NCBI GenBank assembly: GCA_964016885.1
Contig: OZ024741.1
Span: 377,580,001-377,644,000 of the forward strand
Length of the DNA: 64,000 bases
Direction of reading: 5' to 3'
Origin: Eledone cirrhosa
Lineage: Eukaryota
Shown: one piece after another, positions 38,474 to 51,739 of the stretch
Layout of the letters: every line of letters begins with the position of its first letter
How positions within the stretch are numbered: position 1 is the stretch's first letter
Program-made: the position numbers and the translations under genes
The notes under the pieces: model-generated
Databases searched by the model: none
Told to the model about the DNA's origin: nothing
What the model saw: only the letters and a program-made list of their open reading frames with translations

Positions 38474-39211
38474 AGTTGAAACAATGAAATAAAAAAACCA
38501 AGTCATTAGAGATATACTTCACTACTTTACAATCGTTTCTCGATGGTGATAATGCATTGTATCTATACTCAGTTATTGATCTATGTAAGTTTACAAAATA
38601 TCCACCAGCTGTTTTCAAAAGCAATAATAATTTTATTCAATAATAATTTTACTCAGAATTAGTATCATATCCATATTTGGAGGTAGTTGAAGAACTAACG
38701 AATCTAATTGTTTTTTTTTCATATGGTGTTAAGATGAAAAGTAATACCCTTTAGTTGAGGTCATGGCCCTTTGAAAGGAATGGTTGAAAGGTGTTAGTAG
38801 AAATGGCATAAAAATCTATTAGGAAGGAAGGGGATTGTCAAACTGATAGTTGAATGTATCTTGTATAGTGAATTTAAAAAGAATGTCAAAAGAAATGGTG
38901 ATTAGTTTTGTATTGAGTTTTAAGGTGAATATAAATTAATGTTATGTCATGGAAAGATAGTATATTAAAAGATGAAAATTATAATAAGATAATGTGATAT
39001 AGTAATGCGATAATATACAACTTAACCAACAGCATATAGTACGGTGTGGTAAATTGCACTCAGTATAATATAACATATTATACGCTCTAAAGTATTACTA
39101 AGTATCTTTATGCATAAACAATCAAACTCAGATAAGTACATGTTGGCATAGTTATAACACAAAGTTAAACACCTCAACAACATGTGTACTCGTCTCTACC
39201 ACACTAATTTG

Positions 39212-39259
39212 TACTGCCTGAAGAGGTCACAGCCAAAGGTGGCTGTCACCGAAATATAT
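39212..39259 (+). ncRNA. Second copy of the 38300 hammerhead, truncated near the cleavage site
   Basis: 39159-39259 repeats 38246-38347. It reads TACTGC-CTGAAGA-GGTC-ACAGCCA-AAGG-TGGCTGT-CACC-GAAA-TATAT and then runs into PLE coding sequence. Confidence 0.75.
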
Positions 39260-40765
39260 TTCTTCACTTTTGAAAACACTTCAAAAGTAGCTAATTTCCT
39301 TGATGTTACCTTAGATCTCTCTACGAATACTTATCAACCATACCACAAACCTAACCAGAATCTACATTATATACATTCACGATCTAACGATCCAGGCTCT
39401 ATTCTCAAGACCTTAGTATATAAAATTTCTCTTAGACTTTCTAAATTATCTTCCAATGAAGATATATTTTATAATAATGCACCCTTCTACAACGAGGCCT
39501 TAACTAGAAGTGGATATGAAGAAAACAATCTCATATGTCCCCAACACTACTATGGACCAAAACATTAAACCTAACAAAAACTACAAACACCAAAAAATAC
39601 CATTGAAACAAATATCTAAAGTGGTTATTCCTATTACACCAAACAACCGAAAAACCACAACAAATATTACTACACGATCTATGACCAATGTTATCAACAC
39701 ATATATGAATACCAAGCACTCAAAATCTTATAATCTACCCCAAAATAACACCAAATGCAACCAGGATGATTTACCAAATTCCACAAATAAGGACACTAAC
39801 CATAGGAACTCTTCTGAAACACAACACAATAATATAAGGGATTATAAAAACTTAACTAAAGACCGCAAACGAAACATAACATGTTACAACGCACCCTTCA
39901 ACCTGCAAACTATTGGACAAATCCCCCCAAAATTCGTTGAAATACAACATAAATATTTTCCACCAAAACACAGATACCACCAAATATTTAACAAATATAC
40001 TGTTAAATTCTCATACTCTACATCAAACAATCTCAAACAAAAAATAAGCAAATGCAACATTTATTAACTTAAAAATAATATGACTACACCACCGCAACAT
40101 AATTTAAATAGGACTGCACCTTTTAAAAAGACAAATAATACAATCCTTCAACCTAGAAAACACAACCACCCAAATCACCAACACAAAAACAACAGAACCC
40201 AAAATTACAATACTACTCTAGCACCAAACCACCCACAAAGCAACCTTCATTCTCCTGCTATCATTAATTACAATAGGAATAGCTCACGAATAAATGAGAA
40301 TAGTATAGGCACCCCCCAAAACCATCTTACGTATGGCTGTAATTGCAGAAATAGAAGCATTTGCCCCTTAAATGGAAGCTGTTTGATAAGTAATGTAGTA
40401 TATAAATGCACTGTGTCTACTACAGACTCCAACAAAACATATATGGGATCTACATCAAACACATTTAAGAAAATATTTTACGTACACTCTAGTAGTTTCA
40501 ACAATACTAAACTAGCAAACACCACATCTTTAGCTGAAGCGGTAAATAATTATAAAAAGAAAAAAAATAGATTTTAACTTATCGTGGAACACCATTCTAC
40601 AAAAAACTCCATATCTTGGAAACAGGAGGAAATGCGGATTATGTTCAGGAGAGATCTTGGAAATTACTAAATCTAAGGACGATTTATTAAATAAAAGAGA
40701 GGAATTGATCATAATCTGTAATCACCGTATACGAAAAACATTTATATACTATAAACCTAATTAAA
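39260..40765 (+). mobile_element. Penelope-like element, 5'-truncated (RT thumb, linker, GIY-YIG)
   Basis: NFLDVTLDL..YQPYHKPN..YIHSRSN, HQIFNKYTVKFSYS, and CNCRNRSICPLNGSCL..YMGSTSNTFK. Confidence 0.9.
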
Positions 40766-41010
40766 TACTATAAACCTAATTAAATATTCTAAATAGCAAC
40801 TTACTATAATTCCGTATAGAATAACATTTATTAGTACCTCTTTCCCCTAATTATATGCTTACATGCTTAATTTTGCCTTTTAATGTTTTAGCTTCCTTAG
40901 ATCTATGCGTTAATGACTAAAGGCAACATGTTAAACAGCCACTCGTAATTGCATGAGTGAAAATAAACATCTCTATATGATATGGAAATATATTTATATG
41001 TGTATATATT

Positions 41011-41079
<69 letters not shown>

Positions 41080-41372
41080 GTATATATATATATGCTTGTA
41101 TATATATATGCTTGTATATGTATGTGTATGTATGTGTGTTTATATATGTATATATATAGTATTAGTTAGTATTAGTTATACTATTTATGGTTATGTAAAT
41201 ACAAAACCTTAAGCAGTTGTAAGTATTTTACACACACCCTAAATAGTGGTAGGCAGTATTGTATTACTACCTTATTACCAGTAAGTTAAGTAGCTCAATG
41301 TAAAAACATCAGATGATTTACAGAGCAGTTATATGAAATATAAGAATCAAAGAACTGTTCAAAACATTATTG

Positions 41373-41419
41373 TGCTTACAGCTGTTTCATCCAAACCGAG
41401 GTTTGGTTTCTTCGGAGCA
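41373..41419 (-). ncRNA. Minimal hammerhead motif with a CUGA->CCGA mutation
   Basis: Minus strand reads TGCT-CCGAAGA-AA-CCAAAC-CTCG-GTTTGG-AT-GAAA-CAGCTG-TA^AGCA. Confidence 0.65.
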
Positions 41420-41799
41420 ATTTATTAATGCATGGACAGTTATATGACCTCCTTTTCAGCCGAGAGACATACCAATACACATTCAAACATTGATACATAT
41501 TCAAACATTGTGGGTCAACATTCATTACAGAATTTAGAGTGGCAGTACACACTTCGAGATTACATTTATATTAATAGGTACAATCAAAAATCAAAAATAT
41601 AGGTTAAAATACAACATGAAGATAAGCGGTTATATAGTGCAAATGTTATATGTGTGGCACGCATGTGCGTCTTGTTTATATAGTGTGGCAGAGAGATATG
41701 TGTGGTAGAGGCACTTAGGTAGGTAAATAAGAGTGTTAGGTTGGTAGATCTGGTGGCAAATTCTTTATATGATTGATATAGTCTGTGTGTGGAGAAATA

Positions 41800-42620
41800 T
41801 TATAAGCATTAAAGATAGTGCAAGCATTAAAAGTGTTATAAGTAATGGAGATGCACAGCGCAGGGATGTCAAGTATTTCATGTACTTCGGCATTTTCATG
41901 GTCCGGGGAGTGTATTTTTCGATTATATGCCCTTCACATAATCCACGACAATCCAGTTAGAGATCGTAGTCCGGTGTTCTTTAGTTCGATACAGGAGGTT
42001 GTTACGTTTCTAGAAACGCCATTGAATACCGCCCGGAAGTGTGTGTGTGGCTAAGGGGAGTTAATGCATGCGGGGAGGTAACTCTGGTGTTTCTATATCT
42101 AGCCATTAAAATGTGTCCCAATATAGACCCTAAATTCCATGGTGATGCGCATCTTCCAAGAGAGATTTTTAAAGCATAAAGTGTATTAACTATAGAGTAG
42201 TTTAATTAAGTTATGCTGAAGGTGATCATATTATTATGGTGGATTAACCCATCTTAAGGTGCCACAAATGGAAATTATAGATGATGAGCGAGGATTCTAA
42301 ATTAATGATCTCTGTGGTTGTAGTCTGCTCATATGACCAGGCGCGGTGATTGCAGGCTTGCTTCAGGACCCAGTGATCTCTGGTAAGATCTGGGTCATCG
42401 CTTGCTACATTTGATGTCGAAAGATAATTATCCCCAGGCCGGCCAAAGGTCAATCCGCAGTCCTCGCGACCCCTCTCTGACCGTCAGATCATCCATATAC
42501 GTACAACCCGCACGGCAGTTGGAATGCATTCACTCACTGCGCTCAGCAGTCCGGTCCTACTGGTCAACAGCGCTACTCGATTAAATCATTTTACATCCGT
42601 CTATGGAAGGTGTTTCCTCT
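41800..42620 (-). mobile_element. Heavily decayed Penelope-like coding remnant
   Basis: Fragmentary thumb-like and endonuclease-like peptides (ACNHRAWSYE...), with a sense hammerhead downstream at 41373. Confidence 0.4.
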
Positions 42621-42863
42621 GCACCACACTATCCAACCGATCAATTCATGCTCAAAATACCCTTAGAGCGGTGTAGTGCCGTTCAAGTGGGTGGATGTTG
42701 TCACAGCTGCCGTAGAGGTATAAATGGGTATTCCCCCTGCGAAGGGTTCCAGGGGGATGTCATTGTTTGTGTTATAATGGATCAGTTAGTGTTGGGTATG
42801 TAGTATAAGGTGTGTCTCTGGTGTTTGATGCTAGATGTGGTGTTAGGTTCCAGTCCGACATTG

Positions 42864-43259
42864 CTATATATTGGGCTTAAAGTTTTGGAAGGAATGTCTG
42901 AGGCGGTGCTGGCAAGTTGCAAACACCTCAGATTTTTTGTTAAGTAGGTTACGTTTGGAGAAGATAATAGTGTGTGTCTCTAGTATACAGAGGTTACAGA
43001 ATGTATTAGGTGGTTTGTACGAGGTCGCGCTTCCTATCACTTCCCATCTGAGTGTGTATGGTTTATTTTTAGATTTTAGATAGTGTATGTAGCTAGAAAG
43101 TGAGGTGGAGTTGGCTAGGCTGTGCTTTTTGAACGAGTGGATGTGCGAATTATATCTGATTTTGAAGCAGTTAGAAGTGGAGCCTACATAGGTTTCTGAA
43201 GGGTTATTATTCGTGACGGTGCATGAGTATAAGACATCCTTGGTTAGGCATATACTCAT
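42864..43259 (-). mobile_element. Penelope-like GIY-YIG 3' fragment (open frame)
   Basis: VLYSC..YVGSTSNCFKIRYNSH...CNLCILETH...LLNKKSE, a paralogue of 481-1050. Confidence 0.9.
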
Positions 43260-43595
43260 ACTAATTTTGAGTGAAATTATTATTTAATAAAATTATTATT
43301 CCTTTTGAAAAGAGCTGGTGGAAGTAAATATTCTCTTTATCTGATAGCGTGTAAACTTACATAGATCAATAACTGAGTATAGAGACAATTTATTATCACC
43401 ATCTAGAAACGATCGCAAAGCAGTGAAGTATATCTTTAATGACTTTATTTTTTATTTCATTGTTTCAATTTATATCATGACTCTGTTTTCCTACTTAACC
43501 TACAACTTTTTCAACATATGGAATACATTGAGTTATTCATACAGAATAGACCCCACAACTTACAGTGGATACCCCTGTGTGTATATATATATTTA

Positions 43596-44418
<823 letters not shown>

Positions 44419-44837
44419 CCTCTAATGATTTGTTAGCTAGGTTGACCTTCTTTCGCTGATGCATGGCTCTGGGCACTTTCTGAAGTGTTGTCTGATCGAT
44501 CTATCAAGTCCCGTATGTTCAGAATCTCCCACTCACGCAGAATATCTTAATTCATTGTCCAGACAGCAGTATCAACCAGTGAGCCATCATCTACATGTTC
44601 ATGTTCGGGGAGGTTCTTCTCTGTGGGAGTTTCAGTAATACTCTCGCCGTCTGCTGTTTCTGTTATATACAGGTCCCCTTCTTGACTGGGGTTCGTTTGC
44701 TTCGTGATTTATCTCTGATTTGGTGGTTTTCAGTCATGATTCAGTAAGTATTTTGCTCCTCATCATGTCCCTTCTCACATTAGCTAACTTATTCATGTCA
44801 TAGCATTTTCTGGAGTTCCGCTACACGAAGGACTGAT

Positions 44838-45917
44838 CATGCCGTGGCTGATGATACGCAGACATGCACTCAGGCTAAGTCATCTTCACATCTTCATCGA
44901 CGGTGATCATGTGTGGTTGCCCTTTCTCTAGATATGTGTTTCCGCAGCTTGTCCCCTTGACGGAGCTGCAGTCCTAGGTCAAGTGAAGACCGAGAGGGAG
45001 CGCTTAGAGACTGAAATGCTTTCAGGTTCATCAACGAGTCGGGGGATGCGATCGGTGGAAACATCAGACAGTCATTCTATAGGGTGTCAGTGGAGGGTAA
45101 GAGCCACAACGTCCTTATGGAGATTCTGGACGTCGACGAAAATAAACTAGCCAATCTCTTCGGGAGAAATTTCGAGCCTGGCAGTGCTACCGAGGAGCTT
45201 TGTCTGCCCGCTATAAATTCTATAGGCATTGGATTGTCGTCAGCCGGGTGACGAATTGCAGACAGGGCGACGAAACCATCCTGCACGGACTCGTCCAGTG
45301 TCTGAGTATCGCTGACTTGTGGGTTTAAATCGAACATCTGCTGTCGCGTGTAGGACGGATGCGGCTATCAGCTAAGTCCATCGTCAAGATTACTTTGTTG
45401 CCCTTCTTTTACAAGGAGGGGCAACCAGTTTCTATCTGCCTGGTGCCCACTGCAAAATATGTCCTATAGTGGATGCGTCTGAAAGTTTTGATGACGGTCA
45501 TTTTACTCTTTGGTAATACTAACAATACCTTTTTCAGGTTTCACCTGAAAAGGAAAATCAGGGTGGAGAGGGAAGTGCTGCGTTCCACCCAGTTTGTTGC
45601 AAGGTGGGTGAGAGAGGCAAGCGTGGCTCATGTGAAAGGGCCTGCCTTGAGCGTGTGCCTATAGTATAGTAGGAAGAAAACTGGAAGAGAGCGCTTGCCA
45701 TAGCGTTCAGGGTAACGGTAGCTTTTTCTGGGTTTTCTGCACGGGAGACCCTCAGACACCCCGCTCTATTGCGGAAATTTTGCCTTGTTTCTTTTTAGTT
45801 AAAGCCTTTGTTTTTGTTTCTTACACGCAGAAATGCCCATTTGTACCGTCCTGTATTCTCCTGTGCTGTCATTAATGTTATACTATATGTCCACCCTTGT
45901 GGTTAATAAAGAAAGCA
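44838..45917 (+). mobile_element. Tx1-type LINE 3' fragment
   Basis: PWLMIRRHALRL...RFHLKRKIRVEREVL..WV. The 3' UTR matches 51450-51700 and ends AATAAAGAAAGCAT(TAT)n. Confidence 0.88.
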
Positions 45918-46156
45918 TTATTATTAATATTATTATTGAATGCTATGGTTGACGGAGGCTCGGCTCTGTAAGGTATTGTAAATTTTGAACACTATAACAA
46001 TTGTAAATTGTTTAAAGCTTTAACGAACTTGTAGACAAAAACACCCTCCTCCTCGTGAGAGGGGTCTTTCTGCCCGTTATTTGGCCCTTCGGGGTTAAAT
46101 AACTGCTTATTGGGGTTTTGTACCCAATAATTATTTTAAACAAAAAAAAAGACAAC

Positions 46157-48017
46157 ATGGCTACGAAAAAGAAATTTCATAGGTCACTCCCACTCATTCC
46201 GTCTTTTTCTTCCTCAATCATCACTATAGCAGAGAGAAGATTGTCTCTCTCCCTCCCTTCTTTAAATGTGTCTCTCTCCCTCCCTTCTCTTTCGCAAGCG
46301 ACGAAAGAAAAGAAAAGTCTCGTGCAAAGCGTGCAAGGTTTCTCCACGACGACAGCGACGAAACAGGTGTGCGGGAAATACGAAAACCCAGTTCATTCGT
46401 CTGACGTCAGGAATAATAGCAGTAGCAGCCGTAATAACAACAGCAACAGTGACAATGAAAACAACAGTAGCAGCCGCAACAGCATCACCAGCAGCATAAA
46501 CAACAACAGTATTAGCAGCAGCAACACCAACAACAACCACAGCCACAGCGGCGGGGGCAGTAGTCGTAGTACCTGCAGCAACAACAAAAGTAACAGCAGC
46601 TCTGACGACAACAACAACAACAGCAGCAAAGAAAAACCAATCTCATTTGCAGGTATTGCGAAAAACTTGGAAACAATCCTCATAACAAATGAGGAATTAG
46701 AGGAAGCGAAGAAGATGGTGACAAAGACCGGACACCGAGTAATCTGCAAGGCCACGGAAAATTTTTTCGAAACCCAACAGCACTGTACGGTCACGTACTG
46801 TACAGTAAGTACAAAATCCCGTAGGGTGGAAAGAGCCACAGAGGCTCAAATACAAAAAGCCTTGGGGTCTGTGTGGCAGCGGAAAACGCACATCACCCGA
46901 GGCAAAAAATATGCCACCGTAGACGTACTTTTTGCCACACCCCAGGAGGCAAAGGCCCAATCCGTAGTGACCCTAAGGAGCGAGGAAATGGTGTTGGTGC
47001 CCTCCTACTGCGGGCAAAAAATTGTGAGGGTCAAACTGACCCCCCCCCCCCCCAAAAGGGATGGCCCCTTCTTGGCTGGCCGCGTCTGTCCTCGTCGGAA
47101 TCGAGGACAAAACAAGTGTACTGCAAGTACAGAAATAAGTAAGAGAAGATTGGGTCGGCACCTCCATTGAGATGCTAATCCAAACCAACCAGGAGTGCAT
47201 CGAAGCTATCCCGGATGTGATAGACTTCGATAACGGCACTCATCTGCCCATAAGTGTTGAGGGAAAACGCCCGAAATGCTTTTGCTGTGGATCGAAGACT
47301 CACCTCAGGGCCTTCTTCAACGAGAAGACACTGAGAAAGGATAAAACCCCCCTCCTTCCGAAACCGGCTCCACGGCTACCAGCAACAGGACAAGCGGCAA
47401 CCAGAAACGATAGGTCCGTGGCACCCATACCCACGCCACGGAAATCAAAAACAGCAGCAGCAGTGGAAATATTAACAACAACAACAACAGCAATACCAAA
47501 TGCAGCTGCAACAGAGACTCCAGTGCAAACATCACCAACAACAACAAGTGAAAGAGTGGAGCTGGTACCCCTCCCCGACCTCACAGAATCAGACATGGAG
47601 TGTGAGGTGCGAGAGAGATGGCAAAAGTTCGTAAGAAGGCACAAACGCAGAAGCAGCACATCGTCGCCTTTGAAAAGGGAGGAAAGAAATGAGAAAAGGG
47701 TAAAGTCTACTGCAAAGAGACCCAGAGCAGCAACACCACCAACACCATCGCCACCCACACTAGCACCACCATCACCACCGCCAACAACACCTTCAACACC
47801 ACCACCACAAGCACCAACATCGCAAACACAACAACAAAACACACACACCCAGCAACAACGACAAGAAAATAGCAGAACCACACCCCACCCCCAGAAAAAC
47901 AAATGCACGGCAATAAATACACACAACAGGAAACTCATGACTTACATAATTGAACACACAGACATTTCACAACAGGACTACATAATACCAGCACCATCAA
48001 AACGCCAACTAACATAA
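46157..48017 (+). pseudogene. Tx1 ORF1 (Ser/Asn-rich N-terminus, zinc knuckle, Pro/Thr-rich tail), frameshifted at a poly-C run
   Basis: Start context ACAACATGG, knuckle CFCCGSKTHLRAF, and a frameshift at about 47040-47053. Confidence 0.8.
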
Positions 48018-48279
48018 GACTGCTAAAAATATCACAGAAACAATACACAAACATTAAAACGAAATTCCCCAACGCAGTTGGTGATTTCAGGGACCTAGGA
48101 GGAACCATCAACCGAAGAGTATATTCAGACATCCTCTTAGAAGAGCCGACGACCAGCCGAAGGGACGATTCAACGGTCCCTTCACCAGACGATCAAGTGA
48201 AAAGTGATGTAAAAACCATCCCTCCTCTACGAAAAGTATGGTAAGTGGTCTTTCCCATCTTTTCCACTCTATTTTAAAC

Positions 48280-51200
48280 ATGACCTCACTCAGAATAGGC
48301 AGCATAAATGCGCGTGGCTTGGGGTGGTCATGGAAGCAGAGTCACCTGCTCAACAACCTCAGGTCACTAAACATAGATGTAGTGGCCATCAGCGAGACCA
48401 GCATCTCCGAAGCACGGGCCTTCGCACCGATCTTCGGCGGCTACGATGTGTACGCATCTCCCAGCCGTCCTGGATCGGGGGGTGGAGTTGCTGTGCTTTA
48501 TCAGAGAGGTTTGGAACTCGCCATACGGGCCATCTTCCTGGACCCAGAGGGTAAGCTGGTGGTTCTGTACGTGACCAGCGGAGACGGGCAAGCTTTCAGG
48601 CTAGTGGCCGTCTATGCCCCGACAGGAGCAGGGCGGCCTGATTTCTTCCGGCGTCTGAGACCTTTCTTGGAACGTCCCGCTCTTTAGTGTTAGTGGGCGA
48701 CTGGCGTTTTGAACTGTCTGACAGGTACCGATTGGATTTCCCGAATGTGCCAATTTGGACTTGGACAAATCGCATAGGGTCATCCAGATCATATCTAGAT
48801 AGAGTATTTTGTAGGGAAATAGATAGGTCAAGCATAGGCTGTCCACAATTCAAGATAGTCAGCTACACGGACCACAAATTCGTGATCTGTGTGCTTGACT
48901 TAGATAGGCTTCATAGACGAGGACCCGGCTACTGGAAGCTAAACGCGTCCTTACCAGCGCGCAAGGCCTACAGAGACCGGATTAGCGAACTAGTTAAGCG
49001 GGCGTTGACGGGGCCATCGTCAACAACAAGTGGTGGTTTGCTCTGAAAAGAGCGATTAGAATAGAATCCATTAGGTTTAGTAAGGCTTTAGCAATAGAGA
49101 AAAGTAGAGCAGAGTGAGAACTAGTTAGAAAATTAGACGAGGCGCTTAGCAAAGGCATTGCGACCGACGTGCTTGCGGCGAAATTGGCCCTTGACCAATT
49201 CTTCAATGCAAAGCAAGAAGGCTGCGTTGTCATAGCAAGGGTGCGTACTCTCAGACACGAGGGGACGAAAGCCGTTCAATGGGCCCGAGTGGCGGAGGCG
49301 CGTCGTGGCAACAAAGCCACGATCCAGTCTTTGGTGGACCACGACGGGCGCATGCTACTGAATCCCGGGCAAATGTGTGAAGCTTTTCAGCGACACCTCG
49401 CTCAGCTGTTCGGGGGCAGCGGTGGGCCGGGTCGAGGGATGGACTTCAGTGTCTACCTCGACGGACTGCCGCGGCTCTCGGCCACTGAGGCGAAGTGTTG
49501 CGAAAAGCCGATAACAGCCGCTGAAGTAAGGGAGGCAATGACTGGCTGCACAAGGGGTAAATTTATGTACAGATGCCAGACTTGTTCGGAGGCCTCTTGG
49601 CGGACGTCTACTGCAACTGGCAACAGAACGGGAGAATTCCCAGTTCTGTGAGCTGAGAAGAGGTGGCACTGCTGAGAAAGGATCCGAACAAGGGGGATAA
49701 CATAGATAATTTCCGGCCCATAACTCTGCTAAACACAGAGTTCAAGATTTTGGCCAAGGTGGTTGCAAAGAGGTTGGCGCTTGTCGTTGGTGGTCATGTG
49801 GGAGAGGCGCAGACATGCACCATTCCCGACAGATCCATCCACGACAACCTCCACCTCATGCGATACATCGTAGAGAGGGTAGCTAAGGAACCTGGCACGG
49901 GTGGGTCCTTTATCAATATAGATCAGTCGAAAGCTTTCGATAAGGTCGACCATCGTTACCTAGCGGCAGTCCTGAGGGCGGCTGGCTTTGGGCCCGTCTT
50001 CAGAGGCTGGATCGTTGCCATGCACAGCGACATCTGCTCTGTGGTGAGAGTGAACGGTCACCTGTCGGAACCGTTCAACATCATGCGCTCGGTCCGCCAA
50101 GGATGTCCCCTCTCGTCCCTCTTGTACGTATTGACTCTCGAGCCATTACTGCACAAACTGGAGACGTTAAGGGGCGTCCCGCGCGAACTAGGATGCGGAA
50201 GATCCGTGTCAGCATATGCGGACGATGTCACCGTAGTGGTGTCGAAGGCCAAACACATCGAGGCGATCAACACTACACTAAGAGAATACGAAGCGGTGAC
50301 AGGAGCAATGATCAACCAGGAAAAGTCAGTGGGCCTGCAGCTCGACACCTGCAGAGGCAGGTCCATGCCGTCCAACAGCGTCGTCGGACGCTGGACGGAC
50401 GGACCGGTTAAATTTCTAGGGGTCTGGTTCGGTTCGGACCTCCAGACGGACAAAAACTGGGACGAGGTGACGAGCAGGTTGGCTTCTCTAACCCAGAAAT
50501 GGGCGGAGAGGAAGCTATCCCTGAAAGCTCGAGCGGAGGTGGCTAACGCGTACATCGCGTCTGTCATGTGCTACCGCCTGACCGTCGTATCTTGTCCTAA
50601 GCCTCGCCTGACTGCGCTGGAGCGTTTGCTCTTTCACTTTTTGTGGAAGGGACGCGCTCCGATGGTCAGGCGGTCCATCTGTTGTCAACACCGGCTACGT
50701 GAGGGCTGGGCATGCCGTGGCTGATGATGCGCAGGCACGCGCTCAGGCTACGACATCTCCACCTCTTCCTTGACGGTGATCAGGTGTGGTCGCCGTTTGC
50801 TAGACACGTATTTCCCCAGCTCGTTTCCTTGACGGAGCTGCAGTCCTGGGTCAAGCGAAGACCGAGAGGGAGCGCCTGGAGACTGGAATGTCTACAGGTG
50901 CTCACAGCCCTCGACCAATCGGGCAATGTTACAACTTCCAGAAATCTCTGGCTTGGCAGTGCTACCGAGGAGCCTTGCCAGTTCGGGATAAACTCTACAG
51001 GCATGGAGGTGCCGTCAGCCGGGCATGTCCGAGATGCGCGCAGGGCGACGAAACCGTCCTGCACGCACTCGTCCAGTGTCCGAAAATTGCTGGCTTGTGG
51101 ATTTATGTCGAACACCTGCTGTCGCGTTGAGGACGGATCCGGCTATCATCTGAGTCCATTGTGAGGATTGCCCCCCCCCCCCCCTCCTCCTCCTTTAGCC

Positions 51201-51451
51201 GGGAAGGGCAGGCAGTTTTTATCTCTCTGGTGGCCATGGCGAAAGAGATAGTATGGTGGACACGTTTGAAAGGGCTGAAGACGAGCACTTACCTCTTCGG
51301 TGATGCTCTGATTGACTTTTTCAAATTTCATTTGAATGGGAAAATCAGAGTAGAGAGGGAAGTGCTCTCTTCCCAGCATTTTGTTGAAAGATGGGTGAGA
51401 GAAGCAAGAATGGCCCGAGTTAAAGGGCCTACTCTGAGTATATATCTGTAA
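48280..51451 (+). pseudogene. Tx1 ORF2 (APE endonuclease, reverse transcriptase, zf-RVT), disrupted
   Basis: SINARGL, ISET, VGDW, SYLDR, TDH, WKLN, NFRPITLLN, DQSKAFD, RQGCPLS, YADD and CPRC..ETVLHALVQC. Confidence 0.93.
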
Positions 51452-51699
51452 ATTAAAGGTGGAAAACTGGGAGAGGGCACTTGCCTTGGTGGTCAGTGTC
51501 ATTGTGGCCTTTTACTGGGCTTTCTCCACAAATGTCCCTCCGAAGTCTACCCCCTATTGGGGAATTTTTCATTGTTATTTTTTGTTACATCCTCTGTTTT
51601 TGTTTTTTACACGCAGAAATGCCCATTTGTACCGTCCTGTATTGTCCCGCACTGTCCTTAATGTCTACTTTATGTAAACCCTTGTGGTTAATAAAGAAA

Positions 51700-51730
<31 letters not shown>

Positions 51731-51739
51731 CGTTATTAC

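Larger units (their letters stand above)
45938..51701 (+). mobile_element. Near full-length L1-Tx1-type LINE flanked by (TTA)n
   Basis: Structured 5' UTR, ORF1, ORF2 (APE, RT, zf-RVT), 3' UTR with AATAAA, and (TTA)n on both sides. Confidence 0.93.

Noticed and set aside
46043-46070. TCCTCGTG as the L3 loop of an HDV-like ribozyme
   Set aside because: No P1/P1.1 GG register. It is explained as a simple hairpin.
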